The notes beneath the pieces were generated by a model. That model did not search any database. It saw only the letters and a list, made by a program, of their open reading frames with translations, and was not told where the DNA came from. A stretch of 64,000 nt of DNA from Macrostomum hystrix (taxonomy: Eukaryota > Animalia > Platyhelminthes), in assembly GCA_950097015.1 (NCBI GenBank), contig CATNEN010000038.1:9858001-9922000 (forward strand). Direction: 5' to 3'. Within the stretch, counting starts at the first letter, position 1; every line of letters starts with the position of its first letter. This document shows positions 1 to 13,300 of this stretch, one piece after another. Both the position numbers and the translations under genes were made by a program.

Positions 1-914
1 TTAAGTTCCTATTTAAATAATTAAGTTAGGGACAGGCTGTGCATTAGTACAAATTTGAAGTGACTGCACATTGCCACAAACCTTTCCTTCAATGAGACAG
101 AAAACTGTTTGATAGGATTTTGATCCGATTTCTTGAAAAATGGTAAATCGAGCCTTTTTGCTTCTCTATTGAGCTTCCGATCATGCTGCCAAGGCCTTGA
201 ATTGGTTTTTTTCGCACTATTCCACTTATACATACGCTCGTATTTATTATAATTATAATTAAACGAACATTGTGCAGCACACGATAATCCACTGCCACTT
301 TTTTGTTTTTTCGTCAGTTGTTTCTCTAAAATAAATCTAGCTCTACTAACAAACTGAAAGAAAGTAGTATGCATGGAGAATTACTTCGTGCTTAGTTAGT
401 TGTGAATCACACTATCAGCGTATGTTTCAAGTGAGTATCAGCGATCCGGTAAGAACTGGGCCTAGTGTATTTCATATTATACGCAACAGTAAGAAAATAA
501 CTCCAAGAGTCCTGAACCAATCATAGAAGAGTAATCGCATCCAGCAGGTGACCAGCCTGGAACATTGCACACTAATAGCATTACCGCGCATAGCAACCGA
601 ATGGTGGCACAGCTGACAGGATTGGGAAAAATAACGGAAAATGACTAGATCGAATTTGACTGCCTGAAAAAATATGCACAATGAGAAATATAAGAGAAAT
701 AGCAGCTGACCACTTGCCGCGAGTAGTGTAAAAACAAGACTTAACAACTACTTGGGTGAGTGAGTAGTGCATTAGGAGAGTTCCCTCAAATCTTGCGGGT
801 GGACAACAAATAACAAAACTAGTACAAATCATTCCGTACACAGAAAATCCCGTTTAGGGATCCCTGTAAAAATCCCTATTGCACTGTAAAAAGGATTAAG
901 GGGTAATCTCGCCA

Positions 915-1338
915 TTATCCAGTCAGCCTACCCTTGGCCTTCTTAATCTTCTTATCGGCGGCAGACTTGGATTTGACCAGAGTACGCAGTTGCAACCAGA
1001 AGCCGAAGCGACGGCTGCTGCTGCTGCTGCTGTTGCTGACTGCCGGTTCCGCGAAGCAGCCGGAGGCCTCTGATGCGCTGCAGCTGCCGGTGTTGCGAGA
1101 TGCGAGCTGCTCAGCTGACAGCTCCTCCTCTTCTAGATGAGGCGGGAGACTGATGGGAGACTCGAGCTCCGGTGGCGGCGGCGGTGGCAGCTGCTGAATG
1201 AGCAGCGGCCTGCTCAACCCGAGCTCAATTCGAGCCTTCTGCTGCTGCTGCAGGCTGTGGGTGCCCATGCGGGGCGGGCTGGATGCCGGGACGGAGCGAT
1301 CCCCGCTGGCCCTGGAATGCCAGTTTTGAGTTTGCCTG
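915..1338 (-). CDS. STIM: STIM last exon (Pro/Ser-rich region, polybasic tail)
   Basis: Ends KSKSAADKKIKKAKGRLTG*; tandem CAGCAG acceptor, so the exon starts at 1338 or 1335. Confidence 0.75.
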
Positions 1339-4300
1339 CTGCCCAATGGACACTGCACAATTGTCATAGGCTAGAGAAATTACTCACTCTGAAGGCAGCG
1401 AGAAGGTCACACCGGCACTGGCGAGCGAATCAGCAGCTGGCTTCAGCGAAGCGGAACCAGCGGCCGTGGCAGAGACCGACGCAACGCTGGTGTCAGCTAG
1501 GAGTTGAAAGCAAGGATAGCGACAATCAGCACTGACAGAACTGCGGAGACAGACAGACAGACAGCCTGACAGCCAAACAGACATCCTGACAGTCAGACAG
1601 ACAGACAGACAGACAGCCAAGCAGACATCCTGACAGTCAGACAGACAGACAGGCAGGCAGGCAGACAGCCTGACAGACAGAAAATCACACAGCAGCGTCA
1701 TTGAATTTTGAATATGTGAGTGAGATATACTGAATATCGAGAACACACACACACTCATTGAGTGTGTGTTTAGTACACAAAACACACAGAGTTGCGCATT
1801 GTTATGCAAGCAAATGAAGCCTCGTCAGGTCCATAAAGTACATGTAAAAGTGTGCGGTCGCATGTCACTATATGCCCAGTCTAATAACCTTCGGAGGTCA
1901 ACAAATGATTTTAATGATATATAAAATAAAATTTACAAAAACTACAGCGGGCGCATTGGTAACCAGCTAATGCAAAGGCAGGTTCGCATAGAAACTAAGT
2001 TAAAGTACAACCATGCCATGCCGTGCATCTGTAACGTGGGACGTGCGTACCGCAACTCACCTTTCAGCTGCTGCCTAGCAACGCTGCGTTGCATGCAAGG
2101 CGCGCTGCCGCCTGAGAAGGCGCGAATTGTTCAGATCAGGGGTCATTGGTGAAAGGTCACAGGACACGGGCCATAGGTACGTGGTTAGAGTACGCATTGG
2201 ATCAGGAGTCGTATGTAGGGTCATAGATCAAGGGTCATGAGTCAGGGTCATAGATCATAGGTCATGAGTCAGGGTCATAGATCATAGGTCATGAGTCAGG
2301 GTCATAGATCATAGGTCATGAGTCAGGGTCATAGATAGGTGGTCATGAGTCAGTGTCATAGATCATGGGTCATGAGTCAGTGTCATAGATCATGGGTCAT
2401 GAGTCAGGGGTCATAGATCATGGGTCATGAATTGGATCATAGATAAAGTCTCATGAATCGTGAGACATGAGCCAGGGTCAAAGATCATGGGTCATGAGTC
2501 AGGGTCATAGATTATGGGTCATAAGTCAGGTTTGTGTATCGCCGGTCATGAATCGTGGGTCATAAATAAGTGGTCACGGCCATAGATAAGTGGTCATGAG
2601 TCGGTCATAGATAAAGGCTCATGGATCATGGGTAAAAAAATTATTTAGCTGCAAAGTTAAAAATTTCATGGAAAATTTTAGACGTTATAGTTTTATCAGA
2701 AAAAAATACTTTTTAAGATTCGCACAAGTAAACCAACAGCAACAGAGCACCGCACAGCCATCCATCATCAAACTCACGCTTGGCAAGCATTCTGGAGTCG
2801 CCGACGCTACCGACTGAGCTGGTGCAACAGCCGCGACCGGCGCCCGAGTTCAGCAGGTCGTGCATTGAGGCCACACTGGACTGCTTGGCGAACAGGCTGG
2901 CTGCAACATGCGGACAGAGCGATGGGGGCTGCGGCTAGTGACATGCGGGCTGAGCACGAATCACTGACACCATGCGGCTCGGAATGGGGATGGAACGGGA
3001 CGGGACTGGCTTTGAGGGGACCGGATTTTGAGGATGGCATTTAGTAGAAACGAGATAGGATTTAAGACAAGCGGGTTGGGATTTAGGATTAGCGGGATGG
3101 GAATACAGATTAGCAAGATGGGAATACAGATTAGCGGGTTGGGATTTATGATTAGCGGGATGGGAATACAGATTAGCAGGATGGGAATACAGATTAGCGA
3201 GATGGGAATACAGATTAGCGGGGTGGGAATACAGATTAGCGAGATGGGATTTAAGACAAGCGGGTTGGGATTTATGATTAGCGGGATGGGAATACAGATT
3301 AGCGAGATGGGAATACAGATTAGCAGGATGGGAATACAGATTAGCGAGATGGGATTTGAGACTAGTGGGTTGGGATTTATGATTAGCGAGATGGGATTAC
3401 AGATTAGCGAGATGGGATTTATAAGAAGCGAGATGGGATTTATAAGAAGCGAGATGGGATTTATAAGAAGCGAGATGGGATTTATAAGAAGCGGGATGGG
3501 ATTTATGATTAGCGAGATGGGATTTATGATTAGCGAGACCATATGGGTACATGGTTCCCATAAGAAACGAGATGGGATTGAAGACTAGCGGGATAGGATT
3601 ACAGATTAGCGAGATGGGTTTTATAAGAAGCGAGATGGGATTTATAAGAAGCGGGATGGGATTTATAAGAAGCGGGATGGGATTTATAAGAAGCGAGATG
3701 GGATTTATAAGAAGCGAGATGGGATTTATAAGAAGCGGGATGGGATTTATAAGAAGCGGGATAGGATTTATGAGTAGCGGGATGGGATTTTTAAGAAGCG
3801 AGATGGGATTTATAAGAAGCGGGATGGGATTTATAAGAAGCGGGATGGGATTTATAAGAAGCGAGATGGGATTTATAAGAAGCGGGATGGGATTTATAAG
3901 AAGCGGGATGGGATTTATGATTAGCGAGATGGGATTTAGAAGAAACGAGATGGGATTTAAGACTAGCGGGATGGGATTTATAAGAAGCGAGATGGGAATT
4001 TTTGAGGAGCAAAATGGGATTTATGAGGAGTAAGATGGGATTAATGAGGAGTGATATATATAATTGAGGTATGGAATAGAAAGACGATGAATTGACAAGA
4101 GAGAATTCTATCTACAGTTACCAAACGTTACAAAAAGCACTCGAATACAAGGCATCCTGTCACGACACTTTCGCATGCGAATGCAAATCTAAAATTGAAA
4201 TGCGAGACAAATCGCAATCAGATTATTACCATCGAGAGTGGCCGATCGCTTGAACTTCGCTGTCGTCTTCTGCTTCCACAGAGTGGCATAGGGACGAATG

Positions 4301-7300
4301 TTAAGACCTGCGTTTGGAGAACGGATAAATGGCTGCGAATTGCTTTGGAAATTTTGACCCAAAACTGTTTAAATCTCGGAGAACTGAAGCGCTCGAACTA
4401 CTGACCTCTAGGTCAAGATAAAATAATGGTTGAAAGCATCCCATAAAGTTACATGGTTCACAATATCCCATATGGTACATGGTTCACAATATCCCATATA
4501 GGTACATGGTTCACAATATCCCATATGGTACATGGTTCACAATATCCCATATGGTACATGGTTCACAATATCCCATATGGGTGCATGGTTCGCAATATCC
4601 CATATGGTACATGGTTCACAATATCCCATATAGTTACATGGTTCACAATATCCCATATAGGTACACGGTTCACAATATCCCATATGGGTGCATGGTTCAC
4701 AATATCCCATATGGGTACATGGTTCACAATATCCCATATGGGTGCATGATTCACAATATCCCATATGGGTACATGATTCACAATATCCCATATGGTACAT
4801 GGTTCACAATATCCCATATAGGTACACGGTTCACAATATCCCATATGGGTGCATGGTTCACAATATCCCACATGGGTGCATGGTTCACAATATCCCATAT
4901 GGGTGCATGGTTCACAATATCCCATATGGGTGCATGGTTCACAATATCCCATATGCGTACATGATTCACAATATCCATATGGGTACATGATTCACAATAT
5001 CCCATATGGTACATGGTTCACAATATCCCATATAGGTACACGGTTCACAATATCCCATATGGGTGCATGGTTCACAATATCCCATATGGGTACATGATTC
5101 ACAATATCCCATATGGGTGCATGGTTCACAATATCCCATATGGGTACATGGTTCACAATATCCCATATGGGTGCATGGTTCACAATATCCCATATGGGTG
5201 CATGTTTCACAATATCCCATATGAGTACATGATTCACAATATCTCATATGGGTGCATGGTTCACAATATCCTATATGGGTGCATGTTTCACAATATCCCA
5301 TATGGGTGCATGGTTCACAATATCCCATATGAGTACATGATTCACAATATCCCATATGGGTGCATGTTTCACAATATCCCATATGGGTGCATGTTTCACA
5401 ATATCCCATATGGGTACATGATTCACAATATCCCATATGAGTACATGATTCACAATATCCCATATGGGTGCATGTTTCACAATATCCCATATGAGTACAT
5501 GATTCACAATATCCCATATGGGTACATGGTTCACAATATCCCATATGGTACATGGTTCACAATATCCCATATAGGTACACGGTTCACAATATCCCATATG
5601 GGTGCATGGTTCACAATATCCCACATGGGTGCATGGTTCACAATATCCCATATGGGTGCATGGTTCACAATATCCCATATGGGTGCATGATTCACAATAT
5701 CCCATATGCGTACATGATTCACAATATCCATATGGGTACATGATTCACAATATCCCATATGGTACATGGTTCACAATATCCCATATGGGTGCATGGTTCA
5801 CAATATCCCATATGGGTGCATGATTCACAATATCCCATATGCGTACATGATTCACAATATCCATATGGGTACATGATTCACAATATCCCATATGGTACAC
5901 GGTTCACAATATCCCATATGGGTGCATGGTTCACAATATCCCATATGGGTACATGATTCACAATATCTCATATGGGTGCATGGTTCACAATATCCCATAT
6001 GGGTACATGGTTCACAATATCCCATATGGGTGCATGGTTCACAATATCCCATATGGGTACATGGTTCACAATATCCCATATGGGTGCATGTTTCACAATA
6101 TCCCATATGAGTACATGATTCACAATATCTCATATGGGTGCATGGTTCACAATATCCTATATGGGTGCATGTTTCACAATATCCCATATGGGTGCATGGT
6201 TCACAATATCCTATATGGGTGCATGTTTCACAATATCCCATATGAGTACATGATTCACAATATCCCATATGGGTACATGGTTCACAATATCCCATATGGG
6301 TGCATGGTTCACAATATCCCATTCTAGGTGACTCAAGACGCCAATTTACTTCTCAAGCTGAGATGTACTCACCCCTGCTCTGTTTCTGCTCAGAAACGAT
6401 GTCGAATCCCACGAGCTGCTCAATTTGCGACCATCTAAGTAGGTGCTCCTGAAAGTCCAGCTTCACTTTTTCGGTGAAATCTCTGCGGGGTGTTTTGTTA
6501 AGATTTTGCAAATTTTCCTGAGTTTAGCGACTCGCTTTGCAATAACCGACATGACTTACAAATCCATCAAACACTGGTGAGTCAGTTAGGATAAAACAAA
6601 CAATTGGAAAAAAAATCGAGTGAAGAATTGCGCAATAGAAGTACATTTACTTTTTTTTCATTCCATGGTAGATACATATATATACGATTATATATATACG
6701 TTAAAGCAATCATGTATGCTAGTGCTGGTACAATCACGGTTAATAGGATGCGATCTAAAGTGAGTGGTGCCGCTTTAAGCAAATTGTTATGCAAGCTTTG
6801 AGGATGCTAAGCTAGCAGTGAAGGTATTTTGTTGCCAGTGAGGGTGTTATGCAATTAGTAGGGGTGTTATGCAAGCAGTGAGGGTGTTATGTTAGCAATG
6901 AAGGCGTTTTGTTAGCAGTGATGGTGTAATGCAAGCAGTGAGGGCGTTATTCAAGTGTGGGTGTTTTGCCATCAGTGTGGGTGTTATGCCATCAGTGGGG
7001 TGTTATGCCATCAGTGTGGTTGTTATGCCATCAGTGGGGGTGTTATGCCATCAGTGTGGGTGTTATGCCATCAGTGTGGGTGTTATGCCATCAGTGGGGG
7101 TGTTATGCCATCAGTGGGGGTGTTATGCCATCAGTGTGGGTGTTATGCCATCAGTGGGGGTGTTATGCCATCAGTGGGGGTGTTATGCCATCAGTGGGGG
7201 TGTTATGCCATCAGTGGGGGTGTTATGCCATCAGTGGAGGTTTTATGCCATCAGTGTGAGTGTTATGCCATCAGTGGGGGTGTTATGCCATCAGTGGGGG

Positions 7301-10300
7301 TGTTATGCCATCAGTGTGGGTGTTATGCCATCAGTGGGGGTGTTATGTCATCAGTGGGGGTGTTATGCCATCAGTGGGGGTGTTATGCCATCAGTGGGGT
7401 GTTATGCCATCAGTGGGGGTGCTATGCCATCAGTGTGGGTGTTATGCCATCAGTGGGGTGTTATGCCATCAGTGTGGGTGTTATGCCATCAGTGGGGGTG
7501 CTATGCCATCAGTGGGGGGTGTTATGTCATCAGTGTGGGTGTTATGCCATCAGTGTGGGTGTTATGCCATCAGTGGGGGTGTTATGCCATCAGTGTGGGT
7601 GTTATGCCATCAGTGGGGGTGTTATGCCATCAGTGGGGGTGTTATGCCATCAGTGTGGGTGTTATGCCATCAGTGGGGGTGTTATGCCATCAGTGTGGGT
7701 GTTATGCCATCAGTGGGGGTGTTATGCCATCAGTGGGGGTGTTATGCCATCAGTGGGGGTGTTATGCCATCAGTGTGGGTGTTATGCCATCAGTGGGGGT
7801 GTTATGCCATCAGTGTGGTTGTTATGCCATCAGTGGGGGTGTTATGCCATCAGTAGGGGTGTTATGCCATCAGTGTGGGTGTTATGCCATCAGTGGGGGT
7901 GTTATGCCATCAGTGGGGGTGTTATGCCATCAGTGGGGGTGTTATGCCATCAGTGGGGGTGTTATGCCATCAGTGTGGGTGTTATGCCATCAGTGTGAGT
8001 GTTATGCCATCAGTGGGGGTGTTATGCCATCAGTGGGGGTGTTATGCCATCAGTGGGGGTGTTATGCCATCAGTGGGGGTGTTATGCCATCAGTGTGGGT
8101 GTTATGCCATCAGTGGGGGTGTTATGCCATCAGTGGGGGTGTTATGCCATCAGTGGAGGTTTTATGCCATCAGTGTGGGTGTTATGCCATCAGTGTGAGT
8201 GTTATGCCATCAGTGGGGGTGTTATGCCATCAGTGGGGGTGTTATGCCATCAGTGTGGGTGTTATGCCATCAGTGGGGGTGTTATGCCATCAGTGGGGGT
8301 TTTATGCCATCAGTGGGGGTGTTATGCCATCAGTGTGGGTTTTATGCCATCAGTGGGGGTGTTATGCCATCAGTGGGGGTGTTATGCCATCAGTGGGGTG
8401 TTTTGCCATCAGTGTGGGTGTTATGCCATCAGTGGGGTGTTATGCCATCAGTGTGGTTGTTATGCCATCAGTGGGGGTGTTATGCCATCAGTAGGGGTGT
8501 TATGCCATCAGTGTGGGTGTTATGCCATCAGTGTGGGTGTTATGCCATCAGTGGGGGTGTTATGCCATCAGTGGGGGTGTTATGCCATCAGTGTGGGTGT
8601 TATGCCATCAGTGGGGGTGTTATGCCATCAGTGGGGGTGTTATGCCATCAGTGGGGGTGTTATGCCATCAGTGGAGGTTTTATGCCATCAGTGTGAGTGT
8701 TATGCCATCAGTGGGGGTGTTATGCCATCAGTGGGGGTGTTATGCCATCAGTGTGGGTGTTATGCCATCAGTGGGGGTGTTATGTCATCAGTGGGGGTGT
8801 TATGCCATCAGTGGGGGTGTTATGCCATCAGTGGGGTGTTATGCCATCAGTGGGGGTGCTATGCCATCAGTGTGGGTGTTATGCCATCAGTGGGGTGTTA
8901 TGCCATCAGTGTGGGTGTTATGCCATCAGTGGGGGTGCTATGCCATCAGTGGGGGGTGTTATGTCATCAGTGTGGGTGTTATGCCATCAGTGTGGGTGTT
9001 ATGCCATCAGTGGGGGTGTTATGCCATCAGTGTGGGTGTTATGCCATCAGTGGGGGTGTTATGCCATCAGTGGGGGTGTTATGCCATCAGTGGGGGTGTT
9101 ATGCCATCAGTGTGGGTGTTATGCCATCAGTGGGGGTGTTATGCCATCAGTGTGGTTGTTATGCCATCAGTGGGGGTGTTATGCCATCAGTAGGGGTGTT
9201 ATGCCATCAGTGTGGGTGTTATGCCATCAGTGGGGGTGTTATGCCATCAGTGGGGGTGTTATGCCATCAGTGGGGGTGTTATGCCATCAGTGTGGGTGTT
9301 ATGCCATCAGTGTGAGTGTTATGCCATCAGTGGGGGTGTTATGCCATCAGTGGGGGTGTTATGCCATCAGTGGGGGTGTTATGCCATCAGTGGGGGTGTT
9401 ATGCCATCAGTGTGGGTGTTATGCCATCAGTGGGGGTGTTATGCCATCAGTGGGGGTGTTATGCCATCAGTGGAGGTTTTATGCCATCAGTGTGGGTGTT
9501 ATGCCATCAGTGTGAGTGTTATGCCATCAGTGGGGGTGTTATGCCATCAGTGTGGGTGTTATGCCATCAGTGGGGGTGTTATGCCATCAGTGGGGGTTTT
9601 ATGCCATCAGTGGGGGTGTTATGCCATCAGTGTGGGTTTTATGCCATCAGTGGGGGTGTTATGCCATCAGTGGGGGTGTTATGCCATCAGTGGGGTGTTA
9701 TGCCATCAGTGTGGGTGTTATGCCATCAGTGGGGGTGTTATGCCATCAGTGGGGTGTTATGCCATCAGTGGGGTGTTATGCCATCAGTGTGGGTGTTATG
9801 CCATCAGTGGGGGTGTTATGCCATCAGTAGGGGTGTTATGCCATCAGTGGGGTGTTATGCCATCAGTGGGGGTGTTATGCCATCAGTGTGAGTGTTATGC
9901 CATCAGTGGGGGTGTTATGCCATCAGTGTGGGTGTTATGCCATCAGTGGGGGTGTTATGCCATCAGTGGGGGTGTTATGCCATCAGTGGAGGTTTTATGC
10001 CATCAGTGTGGGTGTTATGCCATCAGTGGGGGTTTTATGCCATCAGTGTGAGTGTTATGCCATCAGTGGGGGTGTTATGCCATCAGTGGGGGTGTTATGC
10101 CATCAGTGTGGGTGTTATGCCATCAGTGTGAGTGTTATGCCATCAGTGGGGGTGTTATGCCATCAGTGGGGTGTTATGCCATCAGTGTGGGTGTTATGCC
10201 ATCAGTGGGGGTGTTATGCCATCAGTGGGGGTGTTATGCCATCAGTGGGGGTGTTATGCCATCAGTGGAGGTTTTATGCCATCAGTGTGGGTGTTATGCC

Positions 10301-13300
10301 ATCAGTGGGGGTTTTATGCCATCAGTGGGGGTTTTATGCCATCAGTGGGGGTGTTATGCCATCAGTGTGGGTTTTATGCCATCAGTGGGGGTGTTATGCC
10401 ATCAGTGGGGGTGTTATGCCATCAGTGGGGTGTTATGCCATCAGTGTGGGTGTTATGCCATCAGTGGGGGTGTTATGCCATCAGTGGGGTGTTATGCCAT
10501 CAGTGTGGGTGTTATGCCATCAGTGGGGTGTTATGCCATCAGTGGGGGTGTTATGCCATCAGTGTGGGTTTTATGCCATCAGTGGGGGTGTTATGCCATC
10601 AGTGGGAGTGTTATGCCATCAGTGGGGTGTTATGCCATCAGTGTGGGTGTTATGCCATCAGTGGGGTGTTATGCCATCAGTGGGGTGTTATGCCATCAGT
10701 GTGGGTGTTATGCCATCAGTGGGGGTGTTATGCCATCAGTGGGGGTTTTATGCCATCAGTGGGGGTGTTATGCCATCAGTGGGAGTGTTATGCCATCAGT
10801 GGGGTGTTATGCCATCAGTGTGGGTGTTATGCCATCAGTGGGGTGTTATGCCATCAGTGGGGTGTTATGCCATCAGTGGGGTGTTATGCCATCAGTGGGG
10901 GTGTTATGCCATCAGTGTGGGTTTTATGCCATCAGTGGGGGTGTTATGCCATCAGTGGGGGTGTTATGCCATCAGTGGGGTGTTATGCCATCAGTGGGGG
11001 TGTTATGCCATCAGTGGGGTGTTATGCCATCAGTGGGGTGTTATGCCATCAGTGTGGGTGTTATGCCATCAGTGGGGTGTTATGCCATCAGTGGGGGTGT
11101 TATGCCATCAGTGGAGGTTTTATGCCATCAGTGTGAGTGTTATGCCATCAGTGGGGGTGTTATGCCATCAGTGGGGGTGTTATGCCATCAGTGTGGGTGT
11201 TATGCCATCAGTGGGGGTGTTATGTCATCAGTGGGGGTGTTATGCCATCAGTGGGGGTGTTATGCCATCAGTGGGGTGTTATGCCATCAGTGGGGGTGCT
11301 ATGCCATCAGTGTGGGTGTTATGCCATCAGTGGGGTGTTATGCCATCAGTGTGGGTGTTATGCCATCAGTGGGGGTGCTATGCCATCAGTGGGGGGTGTT
11401 ATGTCATCAGTGTGGGTGTTATGCCATCAGTGTGGGTGTTATGCCATCAGTGGGGGTGTTATGCCATCAGTGTGGGTGTTATGCCATCAGTGGGGGTGTT
11501 ATGCCATCAGTGGGGGTGTTATGCCATCAGTGGGGGTGTTATGCCATCAGTGTGGGTGTTATGCCATCAGTGGGGGTGTTATGCCATCAGTGTGGTTGTT
11601 ATGCCATCAGTGGGGGTGTTATGCCATCAGTAGGGGTGTTATGCCATCAGTGTGGGTGTTATGCCATCAGTGGGGGTGTTATGCCATCAGTGGGGGTGTT
11701 ATGCCATCAGTGGGGGTGTTATGCCATCAGTGGGGGTGTTATGCCATCAGTGTGGGTGTTATGCCATCAGTGTGAGTGTTATGCCATCAGTGGGGGTGTT
11801 ATGCCATCAGTGGGGGTGTTATGCCATCAGTGGGGGTGTTATGCCATCAGTGGGGGTGTTATGCCATCAGTGTGGGTGTTATGCCATCAGTGGGGGTGTT
11901 ATGCCATCAGTGGGGGTGTTATGCCATCAGTGGAGGTTTTATGCCATCAGTGTGGGTGTTATGCCATCAGTGTGAGTGTTATGCCATCAGTGGGGGTGTT
12001 ATGCCATCAGTGGGGGTGTTATGCCATCAGTGTGGGTGTTATGCCATCAGTGGGGGTGTTATGCCATCAGTGGGGGTTTTATGCCATCAGTGGGGGTGTT
12101 ATGCCATCAGTGTGGGTTTTATGCCATCAGTGGGGGTGTTATGCCATCAGTGGGGGTGTTATGCCATCAGTGGGGTGTTTTGCCATCAGTGTGGGTGTTA
12201 TGCCATCAGTGGGGTGTTATGCCATCAGTGTGGTTGTTATGCCATCAGTGGGGGTGTTATGCCATCAGTAGGGGTGTTATGCCATCAGTGTGGGTGTTAT
12301 GCCATCAGTGTGGGTGTTATGCCATCAGTGGGGGTGTTATGCCATCAGTGGGGGTGTTATGCCATCAGTGTGGGTGTTATGCCATCAGTGGGGGTGTTAT
12401 GCCATCAGTGGGGGTGTTATGCCATCAGTGGGGGTGTTATGCCATCAGTGGAGGTTTTATGCCATCAGTGTGAGTGTTATGCCATCAGTGGGGGTGTTAT
12501 GCCATCAGTGGGGGTGTTATGCCATCAGTGTGGGTGTTATGCCATCAGTGGGGGTGTTATGTCATCAGTGGGGGTGTTATGCCATCAGTGGGGGTGTTAT
12601 GCCATCAGTGGGGTGTTATGCCATCAGTGGGGGTGCTATGCCATCAGTGTGGGTGTTATGCCATCAGTGGGGTGTTATGCCATCAGTGTGGGTGTTATGC
12701 CATCAGTGGGGGTGCTATGCCATCAGTGGGGGGTGTTATGTCATCAGTGTGGGTGTTATGCCATCAGTGTGGGTGTTATGCCATCAGTGGGGGTGTTATG
12801 CCATCAGTGTGGGTGTTATGCCATCAGTGGGGGTGTTATGCCATCAGTGGGGGTGTTATGCCATCAGTGGGGGTGTTATGCCATCAGTGTGGGTGTTATG
12901 CCATCAGTGGGGGTGTTATGCCATCAGTGTGGTTGTTATGCCATCAGTGGGGGTGTTATGCCATCAGTGGGGGTGTTATGCCATCAGTGTGGGTGTTATG
13001 CCATCAGTGGGGGTGTTATGCCATCAGTGGGGGTGTTATGCCATCAGTGGGGGTGTTATGCCATCAGTGTGGGTGTTATGCCATCAGTGGGGGTGTTATG
13101 CCATCAGTGTGGTTGTTATGCCATCAGTGGGGGTGTTATGCCATCAGTAGGGGTGTTATGCCATCAGTGTGGGTGTTATGCCATCAGTGGGGGTGTTATG
13201 CCATCAGTGGGGGTGTTATGCCATCAGTGGGGGTGTTATGCCATCAGTGGGGGTGTTATGCCATCAGTGTGGGTGTTATGCCATCAGTGTGAGTGTTATG

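Noticed and set aside
2961-6327. Repetitive ORFs (SEMGFIR, MVHNIPYG, HMGYCEPC)
   Set aside because: Artefacts of the 21- and 27-nt tandem repeats.
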